Positions 48,644-57,491 of a DNA stretch of 64,000 nt are shown piece by piece. Below the pieces are notes generated by a model. It searched no databases and was not told the origin of the DNA. It worked only from the letters and a program-made list of their open reading frames with translations. Source of the stretch: a bacterium (GTDB lineage Bacteria > Patescibacteriota > Minisyncoccia > Phycocordibacterales > Phycocordibacteraceae); NCBI GenBank assembly GCA_021811365.1, contig JAJZPB010000001.1, positions 32,312 to 96,311 on the forward strand, given 5' to 3'. Position numbers and translations under genes: made by a program. Within the stretch, counting starts at the first letter, position 1; every line of letters starts with the position of its first letter.

Positions 48644-50704
48644 ATGACTCGCGCACACCGTAAGCTGCTTCGCAAAGCTGCGCATTCTCTGAGGAAGAAA
48701 AAACGAGCTATCCATACAGCTTCTCGCATTGTTGCTGGCAGGTTTAAAAAATCTAGTCAACTGCTTGTTGCGGGAGGAGTGCTTGCGATTTTCTTTGGAG
48801 TGGCCATAGTGAGCTACTCCGGAACGTCTTCACTCGGTAAGGTAGCTGTTCCCGCACCAGCAGCGCTTACTCCCAGCTCCGTTGGGTTGGGAAAGGGGGT
48901 CCCCGCATGTGCTAGCGCTCAAGGTCCAACATGCACATCAAATGGGACTGCGTCCGTGACGATTAATTGGAATTTTCTCAGCGATTCAGGTCAATGCCAG
49001 TTTGTAATAATGGCTCCTGACGCTGGCATTCCTTCACCGTATCTTGATGTACCTTATTCAAGTGGGGCTTGTTATGCGGGGTGGGGCGGGTGTGTTTACC
49101 AGGAGCTTCCATGTGTCGGGAGCCACACGTTTACTGGCTTGCAACGAAACACGAGCTATGCGTACTGGTTCCACATTCATCATGCGTGGAATTGGAATAC
49201 TGACCCCAGTACGGACCCTTCAAATACCTACGGAGAAAAGAATTCTCTTACGGTGCCCAATTGTACTGCTTCTAACTACGGTCAGTCCTGCACCTCAACA
49301 GCAAACTCTTGCGGTCAAACAAACTCGGGTACATATGACGTCAATGGCAACTGCACCGCAAGCACACCACCGAATCCTGGGAATTTAGGTCAGTCCTGCG
49401 CCTCCTCAGCTAACGCGTGTGGCCAGACGAGCGGAGGCACCTACCAATGCAACGGATCTTGTTCTGCAAGCGCACCACCTAACTCAAGTTGTCCTCAACC
49501 TGCAGATGTCAGCAGTATTTCAGCTTCCTGCAATTCGACAGGTAATCTAGTGGTTTTTTCTTGGCCCGCAGTTTCCGGAGCGAATATATACCAGATCCAG
49601 TACTATTCAGCGAATGGTTCCTGCTCATCTGGATGGGCACTCTATACAGACGGAACAACCTGCTACAAAGATATTGCAGGTACTTCTGCAGCGGCTTCTG
49701 TTACGCCGGGGCAAAGTTCATATGCCTGGGTGAATGCCGGTAACACGAACACTGGCCAGTGGGCGAACTGGAGTACTCAGCCGAAGACAAGCTTCACCTG
49801 CCAATCCCCAACCCCCACTGTCACCTGGTTAGGGAGCCAGGGCTGCGTGCTTCCCAACAATAATTCCGGTTGCAACCTTACGGCTCACTGGACTGCCTCG
49901 AATCTGCCACCGGGCAACGGGCTGGTAGATTTACAGATAACGGGAGTTCCCCCGGTTTCTTACAATAAAACCTTCACAGGCTTACCGCCGACCGACCCTC
50001 AGTACCTTGTGACGCAAGCAGGTAAATACATCTTTACCCTGTTTACGGACAATAATGGGACTCCGGGGACGCAAATCGGGACAACGGCGTCGATGGCAGT
50101 GTGTCCGTTTGGTTATACGCTCGATACAACGAATGAAGTTTGTGTCCCGCCTCCTCTGCCAACCGTCGCGTTCTATCCGAGTCCAAGCACAATCGACAGC
50201 GGACAGTCAACGACTCTTTACTGGAGCTCAACGAACGCCTCGTCTTGCTCTGAAGAGCCGGGCACGAGCGGTTTCAGTACGGGCGCGGGTTCTCCTGTCA
50301 AAGGCAGTACATCCACCGGCACACTCACCACCACTACGAACTATGGCATTACTTGCACGGGTCCCGGTGGCTCAACAATTGGCCACGCTACCGTCACCGT
50401 GCTGCAGCCCACCGTTAGCATCTCTGCCGCTCCGACGCGCGTAGTATCCGGCGGCTCAACGGTTGTCTCCTGGGACGCCACCAACGTCGACACCTGCTCG
50501 ATCAGCAGAAACGGTCAGCCCTGGCCTACCGGTGGAAGTACGTTTACGGCAAACAGTAGTCGTCAGGTGACTGGAAACAAGACAGATACTATTACCTCCG
50601 ACACAACCTACATGATTACCTGCACGAATAATGCGCATACAGCAACTTCCGCCGTCTCCGCGACTCAGGTTGTAAGCGTTGTGCCGGGCTACGCTAACTT
50701 CTAG
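48644..50704 (+). CDS. Cys/Ser/Thr-rich surface protein with Ig/Fn3-like beta domains
   Basis: TM near the N-terminus, 36-aa Cys repeat x2, C-terminal STTLYWSSTNASSC / STVVSWDATNVDTC modules. Confidence 0.8.
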   Translation: MTRAHRKLLRKAAHSLRKKKRAIHTASRIVAGRFKKSSQLLVAGGVLAIFFGVAIVSYSGTSSLGKVAVPAPAALTPSSVGLGKGVPACASAQGPTCTSNGTASVTINWNFLSDSGQCQFVIMAPDAGIPSPYLDVPYSSGACYAGWGGCVYQELPCVGSHTFTGLQRNTSYAYWFHIHHAWNWNTDPSTDPSNTYGEKNSLTVPNCTASNYGQSCTSTANSCGQTNSGTYDVNGNCTASTPPNPGNLGQSCASSANACGQTSGGTYQCNGSCSASAPPNSSCPQPADVSSISASCNSTGNLVVFSWPAVSGANIYQIQYYSANGSCSSGWALYTDGTTCYKDIAGTSAAASVTPGQSSYAWVNAGNTNTGQWANWSTQPKTSFTCQSPTPTVTWLGSQGCVLPNNNSGCNLTAHWTASNLPPGNGLVDLQITGVPPVSYNKTFTGLPPTDPQYLVTQAGKYIFTLFTDNNGTPGTQIGTTASMAVCPFGYTLDTTNEVCVPPPLPTVAFYPSPSTIDSGQSTTLYWSSTNASSCSEEPGTSGFSTGAGSPVKGSTSTGTLTTTTNYGITCTGPGGSTIGHATVTVLQPTVSISAAPTRVVSGGSTVVSWDATNVDTCSISRNGQPWPTGGSTFTANSSRQVTGNKTDTITSDTTYMITCTNNAHTATSAVSATQVVSVVPGYANF
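49274..49490 (+). repeat. intragenic 108-bp tandem repeat (2 copies)
   Basis: NYGQSCTSTANSCGQTNSGTY.. / NLGQSCASSANACGQTSGGTY.. starting at 49274 and 49382. Confidence 0.8.
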
Positions 50705-50780
50705 AATCAAAATAGTGCATTTTAATTGCCGGGGAAGTGTATAGCGATTCTGCGGCTGGTTTGCTATAACTACAAACGAA

Positions 50781-50852
50781 GGCCCTATCGTCTAACGGCT
50801 AGGACAGCGCCCTCTCACGGCGCAAATCGGGGTTCGATCCCCCGTGGGGTCA
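50781..50852 (+). tRNA. tRNA-Glu(CTC)
   Basis: GGCCCTA/TGGGGTC acceptor stem, gcgcc-ct-CTC-ac-ggcgc anticodon arm, GGTTCGATCC T-loop. Confidence 0.95.
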
Positions 50853-50932
50853 CAGGTAGAGGTTTGTCATCAGTAAATTTGCCGTATAGCATTATAAGAA
50901 AGGGCTCCGCACGTTGCGGAGCCCGTGCGCTA

Positions 50933-51517
50933 CTACTTAAAGTAGCGCTCAATGGTAAAGGTAAGTCCGCCCGCTATCCGTCGGAGTTGGTAGCCAGACT
51001 CGTCGCCGTCACCGAGCGCAATCACAGGCGCCGCTGCTGGTACGGGAGCTCGTATCCAAAGCTGGTGTCTCCGACACAGTGCCTCGAGTTCGTCTGCGAA
51101 CGATGCTATACGGATAGCGATGCTATCCTTCCAAGGCAGCTCCGGCCAAATGGCCTCGGCCAGTCGGCGGGCAAGACGTACCGAGTGCGCTCGCACGTAG
51201 TCCGGTTCGCCTTCGCGTACCAGGTCGGCAACGGTGACCTCGCGTATGTCATACGGCGGCACTAGGCCGAACGGTGACCCGAGTTCCTCCTCCGTAATAC
51301 GGCCCCGCGCATCGTGAAAGAATCCCTCAGGGTCCTGAACCACCGCATGACGGATTTCGGTTCCGATCATAAGACCGAGAATCGGCCACCCGAGTCCTTC
51401 GTGGAGGGCGGTAGCGAAGGCGTAGCACTCGCCGTTGAGATAAGTGGGCATGCAGTGACCACGAAGGATCTCTGCGCTTTCCTGGTCTTCGTCGTGTCGA
51501 AAAACGATTGTGGGCAT
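50933..51517 (-). CDS. hypothetical protein
   Basis: GAGGAG RBS; YLNGECYAFA..L...HA....DARG pattern; hairpin at ~50902-50924. Confidence 0.7.
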   Translation of the reverse strand: MPTIVFRHDEDQESAEILRGHCMPTYLNGECYAFATALHEGLGWPILGLMIGTEIRHAVVQDPEGFFHDARGRITEEELGSPFGLVPPYDIREVTVADLVREGEPDYVRAHSVRLARRLAEAIWPELPWKDSIAIRIASFADELEALCRRHQLWIRAPVPAAAPVIALGDGDESGYQLRRIAGGLTFTIERYFK

Positions 51518-51763
51518 GAGCTTCTCCTCTGGCAGACTTGCTCGTTTGGGTCTGTCGGAGACTCTAACACAAAAGGAGAGATACCTGTGTATCGTTGCGT
51601 AAAAAAGATCGTCAAAGCGCTTCACTCATGCTGCGGCTTAACCGACGCATTTTGGTTGTTCTTGCCCACTCTAAGTTGGCAAAAGCGGTGGTTACCGATG
51701 GTTCCCGCTATCAGGTACGCCTGCCCGATTCGAGAAGGGTATTCCGGTATAGGGGGTCACTAG

Positions 51764-52219
51764 CTACGCGAGCAAGGAGTCGACTACCGCTTTTACATCG
51801 GCGCCGTCTGCTTTGCCCGACACGTCTTTCATAAGTGCCCCGATAAGTTTTCCGGCGTCAGCTTTTTGCGTGACGCCGAGTTCGGCGATTTTCGTTTCCG
51901 CTATACGGGTGATCTCCTCGCGAGTCATTTGTGCAGGCAGATACGAACCGACGATAGACAACTCCTCCTTCTCCGGATCGGCGAGGTCGGTGCGACCTGC
52001 CTTTTCGAATTGTTCTATGGAGTCCCTGCGCTGATTTGCTGCGCGTTTGAGAATGGCAATGGCCTCGTCGTCCGTCAGCAGCTGGTCGGGCTTGCGTTTT
52101 TTTGCGACCAGCTCGTTAGTCATTGCGGTTACCAACGAGCGCAGCGTGCGTAAGCGCACCTCGTCGTGAGCGCGCAGCGCCTCAGGAATGCCTTTCTTAA
52201 GCGTTTCGTGGATGGTCAT
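51764..52219 (-). CDS. GatB/YqeY domain protein
   Basis: QRRDSIEQFEKAGR.DLA..E, YLPAQM, GKADG. Confidence 0.92.
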   Translation of the reverse strand: MTIHETLKKGIPEALRAHDEVRLRTLRSLVTAMTNELVAKKRKPDQLLTDDEAIAILKRAANQRRDSIEQFEKAGRTDLADPEKEELSIVGSYLPAQMTREEITRIAETKIAELGVTQKADAGKLIGALMKDVSGKADGADVKAVVDSLLA

Positions 52220-52240
52220 GTGGGAAGTATACTATACGGT

Positions 52241-53305
52241 ATGGACCCGCTTTCACTGCTGCTCACGATAGCCGCGCTTATCGTTGCGCAAGTGGTTGGA
52301 CTCGCTGTTATTTTTGGCTGGCTTAAACGACAAAAAAACGCTCCATCGCCGGAGGAAACTGGCGGCATGGTACTGCTGCAGCAGCAGATGCAGGAGCTTG
52401 GGCGTACGCTCGATACGCGCGTAGCCGAGTCCTCTCGAGCGATGCAGGAGAGTTCGCATCGACAGTTTTCAGAGTCAGCGCGTCTTATTAAGGAAATTAC
52501 CGAAGAGGTCACGAGCGTCAAGGAGATTGGTCGGCAAACCCAGAACTTCGCCGAGCAGCTCAAGGGCCTTCAGGATATTCTGAAGAACCCTAAGCAGCGC
52601 GGTATTCTCGGGGAATACTATTTGGAGACGGTCCTGAAGAACGTATTGCCGCCGGGCGGCTACCGGATGCAGTACGCATTCGAGAACGGGGAAATAGTCG
52701 ATGCGGCGGTGTTTCTTGACGAAAAAATTGTTCCGGTGGACTCGAAGTTTTCTCTCGATAACTACAACCGGTTGGTAAACGCATCGGAGGCGGAACGGCC
52801 TGCGTTTGAGAAAGCGTTCGTGAACGACCTCAAGCTTCGTATTCAGGAAACCGCGAAGTATATACGGCCAGAAGAAAGGACTATGGATTTCGCCTTTATG
52901 TTTATCCCGAGCGAGGCAATTTACTACGATCTGCTGACCAACCAAGTCGGGGGAGGGGAGGAAGAAAATTTGATACAGCGCGCGGCGGGAAAGTATAAGG
53001 TGATTATTGTCTCCCCGACGTCATTTCTTGCGTACCTTCAAACGGTCATGCAGGGTCTCAAAGCGATGGAAATTGAGAAGCGCGCTGAGGAAATCCAGAA
53101 GCGGGTAGGGGAGCTCGGTAAGCACTTGGGCACGTACGAATCGTACTATAAGAAGCTTGGTCTCTCGCTCGGTACGACAGTCTCGCACTACAACAGCGCC
53201 TACAAGGAGCTTGGCAAAATCGATAAGGATGTCTACCGGATCGTCGGCGAAAAGATCGGGATTGAAACGGACCTTCTTGAAAAGCCTGTGCTTAGCGAAG
53301 ATTAG
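52241..53305 (+). CDS. rmuC: DNA recombination protein RmuC
   Basis: KQRGILGE, VDSKF, DFAFMFIPSEAIY, SPTS. Confidence 0.93.
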   Translation: MDPLSLLLTIAALIVAQVVGLAVIFGWLKRQKNAPSPEETGGMVLLQQQMQELGRTLDTRVAESSRAMQESSHRQFSESARLIKEITEEVTSVKEIGRQTQNFAEQLKGLQDILKNPKQRGILGEYYLETVLKNVLPPGGYRMQYAFENGEIVDAAVFLDEKIVPVDSKFSLDNYNRLVNASEAERPAFEKAFVNDLKLRIQETAKYIRPEERTMDFAFMFIPSEAIYYDLLTNQVGGGEEENLIQRAAGKYKVIIVSPTSFLAYLQTVMQGLKAMEIEKRAEEIQKRVGELGKHLGTYESYYKKLGLSLGTTVSHYNSAYKELGKIDKDVYRIVGEKIGIETDLLEKPVLSED

Positions 53306-53372
53306 TGTATCAGGCGCCCGATAACTGCTTCGGCCTTGTCCTTTTTGAGCCGCATGCTATACTCGAGCCACT

Positions 53373-53690
53373 ATGGAAGTGGCCGTAATTAAGACCGGCG
53401 GGAAGCAGTATGTCGTCTCCAAGGGCGACACAATCTCTATTGAGAAGCTTCCGGGCGATCTCAAGAAGGGTGACGCTGTCGTTTTCGGCGAGGTACTCCT
53501 CGTTGATAACGGTAAGGACACGACCATCGGCGCGCCTACGATCAAAGGCGTGGAGGTCAAGGGCACAGTCGCGGCAGTTGGTCGCGCAAAAAAGGTTGAT
53601 GTCGTTCGCTACAAGGCGAAAAGCCGTTATTTCAAACGCATCGGCCACAAACAGCCCCTCCTCAAAGTAACGATTGACTCAATCGCTTAA
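53373..53690 (+). CDS. rplU: 50S ribosomal protein L21
   Basis: AVIKTGGKQY, GHKQP. Confidence 0.97.
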   Translation: MEVAVIKTGGKQYVVSKGDTISIEKLPGDLKKGDAVVFGEVLLVDNGKDTTIGAPTIKGVEVKGTVAAVGRAKKVDVVRYKAKSRYFKRIGHKQPLLKVTIDSIA

Positions 53691-53752
53691 TTCGCGGCGC
53701 GCTGATCTTGCGCTGCAACGGCCGCTTTGGCGTCCGCTAACTACGATACGTA

Positions 53753-55108
53753 ATGCAAATAGGACGATGGAATCACCAGGAAACTGGTGGCAGTGATTAC
53801 CGACCGGCAACGGGCGGTACAGAGACGTTTCCGAGCCGAAGACCTCAGGTGGGCGGTTCCTTTGACAGTGGCCGTCCCCGCAGGGGTGGGCGCGGTGGTT
53901 TTGACCGCAGAAGCCCCTCACGCCCTGGCTACTCTGGCGCACAGGGACGCCCACGCCGCAAGACCGGCGTTGGAGCTTTTGGCGAAACAGAGACGGAAAT
54001 CTCAAAGTTTGTTAATAGGGCAGTCGTGACTACCGAAGAGGAACCGGCGTTCATGCCGGAACATGCGTTTGCTGATTTTCCGGTTGACCCCCGCCTTAAG
54101 AAAAATATAGAAACAAAAGGGTACGCGCTCCCGAGTCCGATTCAAGACAAGGCGATTCCCCACGTGCTTACGGGTCGCGATGTCGTCGGCCTCGCGGAAA
54201 CTGGCACGGGCAAAACCGCGGCGTTTCTCATCCCGCTTATCGACAAGGTGGTTAAACACATGGCGCTCGGGGAGCGTGAACGCGTGCTCATAATGGCTCC
54301 GACGCGCGAGCTTGCGGTGCAAATCGAGCGCGAGCTTGCCGGTTTTGCTCAGGGTCTCGGCTTCCGCGGAATGGTTGCGGTCGGCGGCGCAAATATTAAT
54401 CCGCAAATCGTGGCGCTTCGCAACGATCCATCGTTTGTAATCGGCACGCCGGGCCGACTCAAAGACCTCATGGAACGCAAGGTGCTCAGTCTTGCGGGAT
54501 TTCATTCTGTGGTGCTCGACGAAGCAGACCGTATGCTTGATATGGGCTTCATTGACGACATGCGCTTTATTCTGAGCAAGATGCCGAAGGAGCGCCACAC
54601 GCTTTTCTTTTCGGCAACCATGAGCCGCGAGATCGAAAAGCTTATTGGCGAATTCCTTATCGACCCGACGATAATCTCGGTAAAGACGCGCGACACGTCA
54701 AAAAACATCGATCAGGATGTGGTGCGCATTCCGCGCGGTGCTGACAAGCTTGATGTGCTCGTCGACCTCTTGCAAGATCGAGACTTCAGCAAAGTACTCG
54801 TTTTCGGCCGCACGAAGTATGGGGTAGAGAAGCTTGCTAAGGCTCTCTCGCGCAAGCATATTTACGCAGAGAGCATTCATGGCGATAAGACCTATCGTGC
54901 GCGCATCAAAGCGCTTGAGGCTTTTAAGCGTGGGGAGGTGACGGTGCTTGTAGCCACCGATGTCGCAGCGCGCGGGCTCGATATACCCGCCGTTTCGCAC
55001 GTCATTAACTATGACCTGCCTTCAACCTACGAAGACTATGTGCATCGCATTGGCCGTACCGGCCGTGCGTCTCTAAAAGGGAAGGCTTTGACCTTCGTAC
55101 AAGGGTAA
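53753..55108 (+). CDS. DEAD-box RNA helicase
   Basis: AETGTGKT, PTRELA, DEAD, SAT, HRIGRTGR. Confidence 0.95.
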   Translation: MQIGRWNHQETGGSDYRPATGGTETFPSRRPQVGGSFDSGRPRRGGRGGFDRRSPSRPGYSGAQGRPRRKTGVGAFGETETEISKFVNRAVVTTEEEPAFMPEHAFADFPVDPRLKKNIETKGYALPSPIQDKAIPHVLTGRDVVGLAETGTGKTAAFLIPLIDKVVKHMALGERERVLIMAPTRELAVQIERELAGFAQGLGFRGMVAVGGANINPQIVALRNDPSFVIGTPGRLKDLMERKVLSLAGFHSVVLDEADRMLDMGFIDDMRFILSKMPKERHTLFFSATMSREIEKLIGEFLIDPTIISVKTRDTSKNIDQDVVRIPRGADKLDVLVDLLQDRDFSKVLVFGRTKYGVEKLAKALSRKHIYAESIHGDKTYRARIKALEAFKRGEVTVLVATDVAARGLDIPAVSHVINYDLPSTYEDYVHRIGRTGRASLKGKALTFVQG

Positions 55109-55190
55109 GCGCGCTCGTAAGCCCATCTGAAATGAGACCGCGCGACGCCGAAAGGCGTCGCGCGTTTTTCGTTAGTTCCCGGCGTACGCG

Positions 55191-55790
55191 CTACTTGCGT
55201 CCAGCTAGCGCGGCACGGACGGTCTCCGCGTCGGAGTACTCAAGCTCGCTGCCGGTCGCGAGCCCGCGGCCAAGTGCCGAAATAACGAGCTGTTCCCGAT
55301 ACGGGGCAAGCAGTTCCCGGACGCGATCAGCGGTGTGCTCGCCCTCGCTCGTTGCCGAGAGTGCGAGTACTACTTCCTGGAGCCCGTTCTCCGCGCGCTT
55401 CTTTACGGCAGCAATGAGCTCGCTTTCGCGAATCGCGCCTTTGCCTGAGAGTGTGAGCACACCGCCGAGGACGAAGTACCGGCCCGTATAGGTGCCAGCG
55501 CGCTCCACGGCGGCCAGGTCCTGGTCCTTTTCTACCAGCATCAAAAGAGAATCGTCGCGGTTCGAGTTCGAACAGTAACTGCACGGGCCAGCGCGCCCGT
55601 TGGTAAAAAAGCGGCGACAGTCAGGGCACTGATGCACGTCGCTCCCAAGCTGTTCAATGAGTTTCGCGAGCCGCTGGCGCTCACTTGCTGGAGCGCTCAG
55701 CAGGTGAAAGACAAACCGCTTGCCTTGTCGCGGCCCTATGCCTGGCAAGCGTGCGAAGGCGCTTGCCAGTTCGTCAATGCGATCAGCCAT
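55191..55790 (-). CDS. recR: recombination protein RecR
   Basis: LPGIGPR, C4 zinc finger, TOPRIM, GSELEY.D. Confidence 0.94.
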   Translation of the reverse strand: MADRIDELASAFARLPGIGPRQGKRFVFHLLSAPASERQRLAKLIEQLGSDVHQCPDCRRFFTNGRAGPCSYCSNSNRDDSLLMLVEKDQDLAAVERAGTYTGRYFVLGGVLTLSGKGAIRESELIAAVKKRAENGLQEVVLALSATSEGEHTADRVRELLAPYREQLVISALGRGLATGSELEYSDAETVRAALAGRK

Positions 55791-56037
55791 ATACGCTTCG
55801 AATGATATTAGCGATAGCGACAAGCGCAATGAGTGCCCAAATAAGGTTTAGCCAGAACGGTTGGTAGTCTTTGCGGTCCCATGTCTCGATCGTAACACCA
55901 GCTGCGCCCGTCAAGTTGAGTCCCTGGTAGAGCAGTGAATCAGGCCGTAGCAGAGAAAAACTGACTAGCGCGTACGCGGCAATGGTCGCCATGACTCCAT
56001 ACCAGCCTAGCCAGTCGATAAGCATCGTTCGAGACAT
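55783..56037 (-). CDS. small membrane protein (CBU_0592-like)
   Basis: GWYG..AY, YQGLNL.GA, LNLIW. Confidence 0.7.
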   Translation of the reverse strand: MSRTMLIDWLGWYGVMATIAAYALVSFSLLRPDSLLYQGLNLTGAAGVTIETWDRKDYQPFWLNLIWALIALVAIANIIRSVYG

Positions 56038-56040
56038 ACG

Positions 56041-57417
56041 CTAGAATTCCGCAGCAAGCTCGCCGTAGTCGACGGTCGACTCTATAGGCTGGAATGAGGC
56101 GCGCTTGGCATCGAAGTAGAGGTCGATTTTACCCGTCGGCCCGTTGCGGTGCTTTTCAACGAGAATTTCCGCGAGATATCCTGTGCGGCTGCCTGCAGCG
56201 CCATCATCCATCTGGCTTTCGCCGCGGTGAATGAACATAACGACGTCGGCATCCTGCTCGATAGAGCCGGAGTCGCGGAGGTCACTGAGACGCGGTTTTC
56301 CGCCGCGCTGCTCGACTGCGCGCGAGAGTTGCGAAAGCGCTAGTACCGGAACGCTCAACTCGCGGGCGAGCGCTTTAAGAGAACGCGAGATTTCAGTGAC
56401 CTGCTGCACTACAGAATCGGATGCTCTCGTAGTGGTCGGCATCATAAGCTGGAGGTAGTCGACCACGATAAGCCCGATGCCTCGCTCGCGCTTGAGTCGA
56501 CGTGCGACCGCCCGCATAGCGAGGATGTTGTTTGCAGGCTTGTCGTCAATATAAATCGGCGCTTTGGAAAGGCTTTCGAGCGCATCGCGGATGCGGGAGA
56601 AGTCCTCTTCGTCCTTCATTTGCCCAGTGCGCAGCTTCCAAGAATTTACGAATGACTCAGCAGCGAGCATGCGGTCGATAATCTGCTCAGTGCTCATTTC
56701 AAGCGAGAAGATGCCGACGGGAATGTTGTGGCGTACCGCTGCATTACGAGCGATGTCGAGCGCGAGCGAGGTCTTGCCGACCGATGGGCGTGCAGCAAGT
56801 ATTACCAGGTCTGAAGGGTGGAAGCCGGAAAGAAGGGTATCGAGCGCAGGGAAGCCGCTCGGTACCCCGCGGATGCCGTCTTCGCGTTTAGAAAGCGCCT
56901 CGATGCGATCCCACGCTTCGTGAACCTTGTCGCCTATCGCCGTAAACTTGTGCGAGGCTGACTGATCGCCGATGGCGTAAATAGACTTCTCAGCCTCGTC
57001 GAGTACGGCCATCGGTTCACGAGCATCGTCGTAGGCGCTTTCGTTGATGGTGTACGCAGCGTCGATGAGCGAGCGCATGAGGTGCTTGCGCGAGACTAGG
57101 TCAGCGTAGTGGGAGTAGTTTCCGGGTGCGGGCGCCGAGTCGACGAGTTCCGCGAGGTAGCTACGACCGCCTGCACGCTCGAGCAGACCTTGGTCAGTGA
57201 GGCGCTGCGAAAGAGTGAGTAGGTCGATTGGCTCGCCGCGCTCTGCTAGCTCGCGCATGGCAGCGAAAATAAGTCGATGCTTTTCCGCGTAAAACGAGTC
57301 TTGGTGGATGGAGTCCGAAACATCGTGAATCGCGTCCGGCTTAAGCAGAAGAGCACCCAAAAGCGCGCGCTCTGATTCGAGCGACTGCGGGGGTACACGA
57401 TCAGTCGTGCGTGCCAT
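56041..57417 (-). CDS. dnaB: replicative DNA helicase
   Basis: AARPSVGKT, VDYLQLM, LSQLSR, DLRDSGSIEQDAD, KHRNG. Confidence 0.97.
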   Translation of the reverse strand: MARTTDRVPPQSLESERALLGALLLKPDAIHDVSDSIHQDSFYAEKHRLIFAAMRELAERGEPIDLLTLSQRLTDQGLLERAGGRSYLAELVDSAPAPGNYSHYADLVSRKHLMRSLIDAAYTINESAYDDAREPMAVLDEAEKSIYAIGDQSASHKFTAIGDKVHEAWDRIEALSKREDGIRGVPSGFPALDTLLSGFHPSDLVILAARPSVGKTSLALDIARNAAVRHNIPVGIFSLEMSTEQIIDRMLAAESFVNSWKLRTGQMKDEEDFSRIRDALESLSKAPIYIDDKPANNILAMRAVARRLKRERGIGLIVVDYLQLMMPTTTRASDSVVQQVTEISRSLKALARELSVPVLALSQLSRAVEQRGGKPRLSDLRDSGSIEQDADVVMFIHRGESQMDDGAAGSRTGYLAEILVEKHRNGPTGKIDLYFDAKRASFQPIESTVDYGELAAEF

Positions 57418-57491
57418 TAGGGCAATGGTACCACGGGTGCCGCGAGATCTCTCGAGAGCGATCGGCGCCACCCGTTCTATCGGCTTATTTC

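Noticed and set aside
50726-51265. 179-aa ORF on the + strand
   Set aside because: It overlaps tRNA-Glu and the real minus-strand gene.
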